Shown here piece by piece: positions 28,703-35,796 of a DNA stretch of 37,735 nucleotides (positions within the stretch are counted from its first letter, which is position 1; every line of letters starts with the position of its first letter). The stretch spans positions 1 through 37,735 of the forward strand of contig JBAXON010000003.1 of assembly GCA_037133255.1 (NCBI GenBank). The letters are read 5' to 3'. The notes beneath the pieces were generated by a model, which had not been told where the DNA came from, did no database searches, and saw only the letters and a program-made list of their open reading frames with translations. This stretch comes from Deltaproteobacteria bacterium (GTDB taxonomy: Bacteria > Desulfobacterota > Syntrophia > Syntrophales > Smithellaceae). Position numbers and translations under genes: made by a program.

Positions 28703-29854
28703 TTACAATATTAGTCGCGAAAGTACCGAGCGCGCTATGACCATGCGCTGGATTTCGCTGGTTCCTTCATAAATTTCAGTCACTTTTGCATCGCGGAAAT
28801 ACCGCTCTACATTGTACTCCTTGCTGTAACCATAACCACCGTGAATCTGCACGGCAAGAGATGTTGTTTTGGCGGCAACTGAGCTGCAATAAAGTTTGGC
28901 CATTGATGCCTCACATCCAAAAGGCGCTCCCTGATCTTTAAGCGAGCAGGCATGGTAAAGCAGGAGTCTCGCGGCTGTTTGTTCGGTGGCCATATCCGCG
29001 ATGTAATTCTGGATAGTCTGCAGAGAGGCGATGGGCTTTTTAAATTGCTGTCTTTCTTTGGCATATTTGACGGCCGCCTCCAGGGCACCCTGAGCAATGC
29101 CAAGTGCCTGCGCCGCGATACCTATTCTGCCATTATCCAGAGTAGCGAGGCCTATTTTCATGCCTTCGCCTGATTTTCCCAACAAGTTACCTTCGGGTAC
29201 AGGGCAATCTTCAAAAAAAAGTGAGGAAACCGGGTTGGCGCGCATGCCGCAAAGGTCTTCCAATTCACCACGCAAAAAACCAGGGTAATTGCTCTCTACA
29301 ATAAAAACGCTGCTTAGCGGATGTTTTTGACCGGAACCGGTAAGGGCGAAAATCAAGGCCAGATCGCAAACTCCACCGTTGGTAACAAAAATTTTTGTGC
29401 CGTTTAAGATATATTTATTGCCGCTCTTTACAGCGGTTGTTTCCACGCTACCGGAATCGGAGCCGGCATTGGCCTCCGTCAGGCTAAAAGCGCCAAGAAG
29501 TTCACCACTGGCAAGCTTTGGCAGATAGGTTTCTTTCTGCTCTTGTGTCGCATATTTAAGTAAAGGATAGACGGCCACGCCATTATGCACGGTTACGCAA
29601 AGGCCGACAGCGGCACAAACGCGGGAAATTTCCTCCACAACAATAGCCGCGCTGATTGAATCCAGATCTGCACCACCGTATTTTTTGGGTACCTGCAGGC
29701 CGAAATAATTGAGCGGCCTCATATTTTCGATAATGTTCCGGGGAAAGGTAGCGTTGCGGTCGATTTCTGCGGCAACCGGTTCAAGTTCAGTTTCCGCGAA
29801 ATGCCGCACGGAGTTACGAATAAGTTTATGTTTCATGCAAGGATTGTATTGCAT
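28703..29854 (-). CDS. Acyl-CoA dehydrogenase (butyryl-CoA dehydrogenase-like)
   Basis: FSLTEANAGSD, NGTKIFVTNG, GRIGIAAQALG, QIHGGYGY and IYEGTSEIQR motifs; ATG 29854 follows GGGAG. Confidence 0.93.
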   Translation of the reverse strand: MQYNPCMKHKLIRNSVRHFAETELEPVAAEIDRNATFPRNIIENMRPLNYFGLQVPKKYGGADLDSISAAIVVEEISRVCAAVGLCVTVHNGVAVYPLLKYATQEQKETYLPKLASGELLGAFSLTEANAGSDSGSVETTAVKSGNKYILNGTKIFVTNGGVCDLALIFALTGSGQKHPLSSVFIVESNYPGFLRGELEDLCGMRANPVSSLFFEDCPVPEGNLLGKSGEGMKIGLATLDNGRIGIAAQALGIAQGALEAAVKYAKERQQFKKPIASLQTIQNYIADMATEQTAARLLLYHACSLKDQGAPFGCEASMAKLYCSSVAAKTTSLAVQIHGGYGYSKEYNVERYFRDAKVTEIYEGTSEIQRMVIARSVLSRLIL

Positions 29855-29870
29855 CTTGCTTCTCCCGGAA

Positions 29871-30197
29871 TCATTTTTTGCCAATCGTGCTCTTGGCCTG
29901 TGCCAGTTTATCTTTGTCCAGATAATATTTGCCGCTGCCGGTTTTTATAACTATTTTGTCGGTAAGAAGGATGTGCAGCGCTTTGGGGCGAATATTACCC
30001 GCACCCACGCGAAAAATATTTTTCCGTTCTTCCTGAAGCTTGATCGCCTGGGCGGCGCTGAAGGCTCTAGCCTCTTCCATTTCGGCGATAATCTTAAAGC
30101 ACATCCGCCGTACGCCCAAGCCTCCGACATACATGGCTAAAACGACAAAGACAATAAAAGCGATAAACAGCAGAAATATTTGTAAATAGACCGGCAT
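29871..30197 (-). CDS. Hypothetical membrane-anchored protein
   Basis: N-terminal TM helix and basic C-terminus; co-oriented with the acyl-CoA dehydrogenase operon. Confidence 0.7.
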   Translation of the reverse strand: MPVYLQIFLLFIAFIVFVVLAMYVGGLGVRRMCFKIIAEMEEARAFSAAQAIKLQEERKNIFRVGAGNIRPKALHILLTDKIVIKTGSGKYYLDKDKLAQAKSTIGKK

Positions 30198-30251
30198 AAT
30201 ATTTAACTTCCCTTATTCATTTCTCCATTGATAGAGGCAACAGACCATCTG

Positions 30252-30292
30252 AGAACAAGGGGTTGCAACCCCTTGTTCTACCCCTTGTTCTA
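30252..30292. repeat. REP-like perfect 28-bp palindrome plus 12-bp tandem duplication of its right arm
   Basis: AGAACAAGGGGTTGCAACCCCTTGTTCT at 30252-30279; CCCCTTGTTCTA at 30269-30280 and 30281-30292. Confidence 0.9.
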
Positions 30293-30295
30293 TTT

Positions 30296-33151
30296 TCATT
30301 GCCCCTCCACAATGGCGATTTCTTCTTCGGTCAGGCTATACAACTCATAAACCAGTTTGTCAATTTGCCGATCGGTCGCGTCAATCTGGCGCTGGATCAA
30401 GGTTTGTTCGTGGCTGGTTTTGGCTTCCGGCAGTTGTTTGTGCAAGGCAAGCATCTGATCGACTAGTTGAACCATGTTTTCATGAATTTTCTTTTCAGCA
30501 GGTTTGTTGAAGTCGATAGTGCGGATGGGCAGACGTTCCACGTAAATTACTTTGACCTCCGCAAAAACTTTCCCGACCATTTGCGGATTATGTATTTCAA
30601 ATATTTTCTGCAATAAACGTGAGTTCAGTAGACCAAGGATGTACTGATATGATAACTTGTTTTGTTCACTTCTGAATTTGATTACATGACATGAATTTAC
30701 ACAAACTGATGAATTCAAATCTATGCAGGAAAAAAGTTTATCACTCGTTCTGCGCATTAATATCTTTGGACTTGTAAACAAATCCTCAGACCTCGGCGCA
30801 GCTAACCAAGGTCCATAATTTACAGCTTCCCTTGATTTTTTAAAATGGTAGCGCTTTACGTTCTCACCTCGATATAATAGTTTCCACCCATCTACAGCTT
30901 CATCTACCTTTGTATAAGGACGCTCTATCAAAGTGTTTTCTGTCTGCGGCGGGTTTCCTTTACCTTTTTCATAAAGCTTGACACCCGCTTTTACAATCGC
31001 CAATGATCCAAGATTCGGTTGCAGAATTGTTTTCAATAAGATATTTTTGTCTTCGATACTGTTTCTATAATCAATCTTAAAAAGACTATCTTCCAAGAAC
31101 TCAGAATTTTTTCTAGAATACTCTTTGCCTTCAACGCGCATTTTTAAATTGGCATGTAAACTAGGTTTTGAGTTTCGTAAAATAAAGACCACTGTATCAA
31201 CAATGGCGGCTTTAAATGCCCATCCAGTCTGCCAAATCGATTCAATAGATTTAGAAGTAAGTAACCATTTTCTAAAGTCGTTACAACTTTCAATATCGCA
31301 AAATGTATTAGGTACAATCAACGACATAAACCCTTCATGCCTTAATAATTGTGAGCCTTTTACAATAAAGTAACAATAGCTATCAGGAAACTTTTGAGCT
31401 TGTTGATAATGAATTTGAAGATAATCTTGATCAGTACGTGAAAAAGTTGCACCATAAGGTGGATTCCCAATCACTGCATCAAAACCGCCCGCTTTGAATA
31501 TTTCCGGAAACTCGGCCTGCCAGTCAAAGACGTTGACACGCTGCGCTTCTTCCGTGTCCAGCAGATTCATTTGTTTGCCGTTGTAGAAATCCGAGCCGAT
31601 GAGCGAATTGCCGCACTTGATGTTGCCGCCCAGATTCGGCAACGCCCGTTCGGAAAAGAGTTTGCGCTGCTGATTTAAACTTTCTCCTGTTTCGCCTTCC
31701 AGCACTTTGAGCAAAAGCGAGAGTTTGGTGACTTCCACGGCCTGACTGTCGATATCTACGCCGTAAATGTTGTTGAGCAAAATCCGTTTGCGTTCGGCGG
31801 TGGTTAGATGCCACGCGCCGCCTTGTCCAGAGAAAATGGCTGGCCTCTTCTCCCGTGCGTGTTTTTCCGGGTTATTTTCCGTGTAATAATTCAAATGCCA
31901 GTCGAGCAAATACTGATAAGCTCCCAGTAAAAAAGAACCCGACCCGCAGGCCGGATCGAGAATCCGCAGGTTCTCCGCCTTCTTCGGGGTTTTGCCATCG
32001 AGGAGCTTGCCCACGGTGTTTTTAACGATATACTCCACGATATAAGTGGGTGTGTAAAAGACGCCGCCAGCCTTTTTGACTTCGGGCTTGTCCTCCACAA
32101 CGGCGCGGTGATCGCTACTCAGGCGGATGACCTTACCCAGGAATTGCTCATAGACCTGCCCCAGAATATCTGCGGGCAGAACCGCAAACTCGTAGGGCGA
32201 ATCAGGATAGTAAAGCGTTTTCAGAATATCCTTGAGCGGCTTGTCGTCTATAACCAGCGTAGTGGTCAGAATATCTGGCGGTTCCGTTTCGTCTTTTTCC
32301 GTGCGGAAGTGGAACAGGCCGGAGTTATAGCGGTCATCAGCCTTGTAAAAGAGTTCTTGCAGACGGCCATACGAATTGTTGCCGTTGCAGATGCCGCGCA
32401 GGCTGCCGTAGTCTTCAATGCCCCGGTCTTCGGCGATGCGCAAAAAGATAACCCGGTCGATGATGCGCTGGACGGAATCGTTGAGTTCACGCACGCTCAG
32501 GCTGTTACGCAGGGCGATATTTCTGGCAAGTATGTCACGCCAGCTTTCAATTTCCGCCAGAAAGGCGCTGTCCACTTCAGCAGTGCCTCGTTTGCCCTTG
32601 TTGGATTCGGCATATTTGTCAAACGAACCTTTAAGGATGGCTTCTTTGGAAAAGATAGCGGCAATTTCATCCCATTTTTCGGCATACTGCCTGAAGGTAT
32701 AGTATTTGATGCGGGCATTGTCGGCCTTGTCGTTTTGATCAGGCTTAAAGCGGCAATCATAAACAGCCAGCTCCTCAAAATCAGTGACGATGGAAAGTGG
32801 CAATTTGGCCGACCAAGCGTAACGGCGCACCTGAAAGGCGGCGGCCGGGGCATCTTTGATATAGACGGATGGCTTTTTGGCTTCAACAAAAAACTTGCGC
32901 GCACCTCCGATGCGGAAGGAATAGTCCGGCGCTTTGGTGATACCGCTGACTTTTACCGCGTCTTCATGGATGACGTCTTTATAGGCTTCGGCATTGCCCG
33001 CAGTATTGTTGACGTCCCAGCCCAACGCCTCAAAGAAGGGATCGATAAACTCGTGGCGCGTCTGGGTTTCATTGTATGCACCGGATTTATAAGCGTCAAG
33101 GTTGCGGCCGAATCGTTCAATCAGCTCAAGAATAATTTGCGGTGCAGGCAT
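30296..33151 (-). CDS. Type IIG (Eco57I/TaqI-like) fused restriction endonuclease-N6-adenine methyltransferase
   Basis: PDY...VEAKK nuclease motif, GVFYTP, ILDPACGSGSFL (motif I), IGNPPY (motif IV), TaqI-C-like TRD and helical tail IDKLVYELY.L. Confidence 0.9.
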   Translation of the reverse strand: MPAPQIILELIERFGRNLDAYKSGAYNETQTRHEFIDPFFEALGWDVNNTAGNAEAYKDVIHEDAVKVSGITKAPDYSFRIGGARKFFVEAKKPSVYIKDAPAAAFQVRRYAWSAKLPLSIVTDFEELAVYDCRFKPDQNDKADNARIKYYTFRQYAEKWDEIAAIFSKEAILKGSFDKYAESNKGKRGTAEVDSAFLAEIESWRDILARNIALRNSLSVRELNDSVQRIIDRVIFLRIAEDRGIEDYGSLRGICNGNNSYGRLQELFYKADDRYNSGLFHFRTEKDETEPPDILTTTLVIDDKPLKDILKTLYYPDSPYEFAVLPADILGQVYEQFLGKVIRLSSDHRAVVEDKPEVKKAGGVFYTPTYIVEYIVKNTVGKLLDGKTPKKAENLRILDPACGSGSFLLGAYQYLLDWHLNYYTENNPEKHAREKRPAIFSGQGGAWHLTTAERKRILLNNIYGVDIDSQAVEVTKLSLLLKVLEGETGESLNQQRKLFSERALPNLGGNIKCGNSLIGSDFYNGKQMNLLDTEEAQRVNVFDWQAEFPEIFKAGGFDAVIGNPPYGATFSRTDQDYLQIHYQQAQKFPDSYCYFIVKGSQLLRHEGFMSLIVPNTFCDIESCNDFRKWLLTSKSIESIWQTGWAFKAAIVDTVVFILRNSKPSLHANLKMRVEGKEYSRKNSEFLEDSLFKIDYRNSIEDKNILLKTILQPNLGSLAIVKAGVKLYEKGKGNPPQTENTLIERPYTKVDEAVDGWKLLYRGENVKRYHFKKSREAVNYGPWLAAPRSEDLFTSPKILMRRTSDKLFSCIDLNSSVCVNSCHVIKFRSEQNKLSYQYILGLLNSRLLQKIFEIHNPQMVGKVFAEVKVIYVERLPIRTIDFNKPAEKKIHENMVQLVDQMLALHKQLPEAKTSHEQTLIQRQIDATDRQIDKLVYELYSLTEEEIAIVEGQ

Positions 33152-33156
33152 ATTGA

Positions 33157-33690
33157 TTAATTCTCCTTATTCATTTCTTCGTAGATAGAGTCGATAGATT
33201 TTCTCAGAACAAGGTGTTGTGCTAGAATAAGGGGTTGCAACCCCTTGTTCTCTGGTAGGCCGTGCTTTTCCCTATTGTTCATAATATATTCTATGGTATT
33301 TCGCAATTGTTCATCTGACTGCACCACCCATTTGTTAAACTTTTGTGCCCAAAGGTGAAATGGATTGTGCGAGACCTTGCCCAAATATTCTTTATAGAGT
33401 TGCGAAGATTTCCCCTTAATCTGCCTCACCATATCACTGACTTTGTTCTCTTCACATTCAATCACCATGTGGACATGATCCCGACAAATATTATAGGCAT
33501 AGACCGTGTATTTTTTATCAAGAACGATTCCGGCGATTATTTCTGTAACTTTCCGTTCAGCCTTTTCATCCAGTCGGATTCCCGCCTCTTTTTTAATATG
33601 ATAATCAATCATCCGTTGCGAGACTCTTGAATTGTGGGTAACCCATGTTACATGATAGATGCCAGCCGGGGAATATGCCTGTTTATCCAT
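33157..33690 (-). CDS. Y1/HUH transposase (IS200/RAYT-like)
   Basis: YHVTW, DHVHMVI (HUH), LWAQKF and EYIMNN (catalytic Tyr) motifs; flanked by palindromic repeats. Confidence 0.88.
   Translation of the reverse strand: MDKQAYSPAGIYHVTWVTHNSRVSQRMIDYHIKKEAGIRLDEKAERKVTEIIAGIVLDKKYTVYAYNICRDHVHMVIECEENKVSDMVRQIKGKSSQLYKEYLGKVSHNPFHLWAQKFNKWVVQSDEQLRNTIEYIMNNREKHGLPENKGLQPLILAQHLVLRKSIDSIYEEMNKEN
33206..33251. repeat. REP-like palindrome and half-site inside the transposase 3' end
   Basis: AGAATAAGGGGTTGCAACCCCTTGTTCT at 33224-33251 (one mismatch); half-site AGAACAAGGTGTTG at 33206-33219. Confidence 0.88.
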
Positions 33691-33706
33691 TTTTATTGCA
33701 TCCTAT

Positions 33707-33758
33707 TCGATTCATAGGAGAACAAGGGGTTGCAACCCCTTGTTCTCCTATGAATCGA
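33707..33758. repeat. 52-bp perfect palindrome containing the REP-like core
   Basis: TCGATTCATAGGAGAACAAGGGGTTG|CAACCCCTTGTTCTCCTATGAATCGA. Confidence 0.92.
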
Positions 33759-35205
33759 TCCCCGCAATCTTTTTTGCCATCTTCTTTTTTTGCTCGACAT
33801 TGCCCTGACGGCCTATCATTATTCGCTGCGCTTGTGGCGAACCGGCACCGTGCATGGATTCTGTCCTGTAGCCAACGGCAGCGGTACCGAGGGTAATATT
33901 TTCCACCAACCGCATGATCCGGCAGCGATCTTCGCATGCAACACTGGCCGATCCTTTTAAATACTTTTCGAGAACCTTGCCAATCTCCGGATGCTGCAGA
34001 TCCTTCTCCGATGCCATAGTCACCATTAGGCCACCGGCAATATCCTCAGCCAAACGGGCAATTTCGTAGGGGAAGCGGGTCACGTTTTGCTTGCAGACAT
34101 TGGCCAGCAAAAGATCAATCAGATAGGTTCCCGAAGCGGTTTTATGCCCCTGTGAAGAACAAGCAATACCGCATGAATAAAGGGTTTCATTAAGATGGGT
34201 CATTTCAACTAATTTATCTTTGACATGAGATGCCCTGGCAGTGCCATTGTAGTCGGCCGCAAGTGCCGCAGCCCCGATCAGAACATCACCAACACCGACT
34301 TTACAGCCTCCGTAACTCTGACGGTGATACCCGGCAAATCGCTCCACAAGCATCCCGCTGAATTCATATTCGCCGCACATGAGCACATTTTCCCAGGGAA
34401 TAAAGAGATTATCAAAGACCATCAGCGCTTCATGGCCTCCGAACTCGGCATTGCCCACATCAATTGTGCCACCTTCCAATTTCCTCGTATCGCAAGACTG
34501 ACGTCCGTAGATGTAATAAACTCCTTCGGCATCTGCCGGGCAGACAAAGGATACGGCATAGTCGGCATCTTCTTTGCTCATGGCGATTGTCGGCATGACG
34601 AGAATAAAGTGGGAATTAACCGCGCCGGTTTGATGCGCTTTCGCGCCGCGGACAACGATGCCCTTGTCATTTTTTTCTACCACATGAACAAATAAATCCG
34701 GATCGGCCTGCTCGTGAGGCGCAAGGCTGCGGTCGCCTTTTGTATCGGTCATTGCGCCATCCACAGTCATGTCCTCATCCTGAACCATCTTCAGAAATTT
34801 AGTAAATCGTTCATGGTACCTGGTGCCCAGTTTTCTGTCCATTTCAAAGGTTGTGCTATCCACGGCATTTATTGCGTCCATGCCCACACAGCGCTGAAAG
34901 CAGGACGCAGTCTGCTGGCCTATAAGACGTTGCATTTTAACTTTTTTGACCAGATCTTCCGTGCTCTGATGAAGGGTGGTAAAACGGTTGATCTTTTTAC
35001 CGGTGAGGTGTGATTTGGTCGTCATCAGATCTTCATGCTGCGGATCCTGGGCCAGAGCGTAGGTCATCTTTACAGAATTCATCGAAGGTCGAATAATGGG
35101 ATTATCCACATGATTTTGAATAAGCTCTCCCATCAGGTAAATTTTGAAATTCATCTTACGCAAACTATCTTCATACTGCTGCGGCGTTTTCAGTGCCATC
35201 TTCAT
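33748..35205 (-). CDS. abfD: 4-hydroxybutyryl-CoA dehydratase/vinylacetyl-CoA isomerase (HpaB fold)
   Basis: CFQRC and HRQSYGGC supply the 3 Cys + His 4Fe-4S ligand set; AMTD.KGDRS, GAKAHQTG and ESMHGAGSPQAQR motifs. Confidence 0.88.
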   Translation of the reverse strand: MKMALKTPQQYEDSLRKMNFKIYLMGELIQNHVDNPIIRPSMNSVKMTYALAQDPQHEDLMTTKSHLTGKKINRFTTLHQSTEDLVKKVKMQRLIGQQTASCFQRCVGMDAINAVDSTTFEMDRKLGTRYHERFTKFLKMVQDEDMTVDGAMTDTKGDRSLAPHEQADPDLFVHVVEKNDKGIVVRGAKAHQTGAVNSHFILVMPTIAMSKEDADYAVSFVCPADAEGVYYIYGRQSCDTRKLEGGTIDVGNAEFGGHEALMVFDNLFIPWENVLMCGEYEFSGMLVERFAGYHRQSYGGCKVGVGDVLIGAAALAADYNGTARASHVKDKLVEMTHLNETLYSCGIACSSQGHKTASGTYLIDLLLANVCKQNVTRFPYEIARLAEDIAGGLMVTMASEKDLQHPEIGKVLEKYLKGSASVACEDRCRIMRLVENITLGTAAVGYRTESMHGAGSPQAQRIMIGRQGNVEQKKKMAKKIAGIDS

Positions 35206-35229
35206 GCCTCCCGGGCTTTGCCATGTTGA

Positions 35230-35688
35230 CTACCCGGATTGCTTGCCGGATATTGTGTCAATTTTTACATCTATAATAAGAATTTTGTCAAGTTCAGCAT
35301 TAGCATAAAGATAACTCCTTCTTCCGGCGTATTTTTCCATGAGCATATCCAGCACTTTTTCCTTCCCGGCATTATCTTCAATAATAGAAGCCTGACCAAA
35401 TCCGATAATGCTCACATATCTCATACCCCAGAAACACGCCTGTTGCCCCTTAACTATTTCACCCTCGATATCCATTTCAAAACAGACTGAATTATTTTTT
35501 CTAAGAATATCGATTTTCCTGCCTTCTTTTGCCGAGTGAAAATAGAGATGATTATTGTTCACGACAAAATTGACCGGGACGATATATGGATTACTGCCGT
35601 CCACTAACCCGATTCGGCAGCAGGTTGTTTTTTCTATGATTGCGTCAATTTTCTTGCGATCTTTTATCTCTTTTTCGGTCCTTCGCAT
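35230..35688 (-). CDS. Pyridoxamine 5'-phosphate oxidase-like flavin-binding protein (NimA-like)
   Basis: MRR.EKEI, PYIVPVNF, LYFHSAKEGRK..IL..N..VCFE and SIIGFG motifs. Confidence 0.88.
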   Translation of the reverse strand: MRRTEKEIKDRKKIDAIIEKTTCCRIGLVDGSNPYIVPVNFVVNNNHLYFHSAKEGRKIDILRKNNSVCFEMDIEGEIVKGQQACFWGMRYVSIIGFGQASIIEDNAGKEKVLDMLMEKYAGRRSYLYANAELDKILIIDVKIDTISGKQSG

Positions 35689-35796
35689 TCTATAACCCCA
35701 TTCAAATTATTTACAAGAAATCTTGCTTTATTCTTATTTGTTATGATAAAAAACTAAGCAACAGCATTATAAACTATTCCCAATAAAGGAATTTAT

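Noticed and set aside
30296-33151. BREX PglX or DISARM methylase
   Set aside because: No pglZ, brxC or drm partner genes nearby, and the intact N-terminal PD-ExK nuclease fits a stand-alone type IIG enzyme.
32108-33160. 350-aa ORF antisense to the R-M gene
   Set aside because: Shadow frame of a GC-rich coding region with no recognisable motifs.
33645-33937. Short ORFs on both strands sharing the peptide RFIGEQGVATPCSPMNR
   Set aside because: An automatic consequence of the 52-bp perfect palindrome; both overlap real genes.
600-35490. Numerous 60-160 aa ORFs overlapping the called genes
   Set aside because: Antisense or alternate-frame shadows of well-supported CDSs with no motifs of their own.
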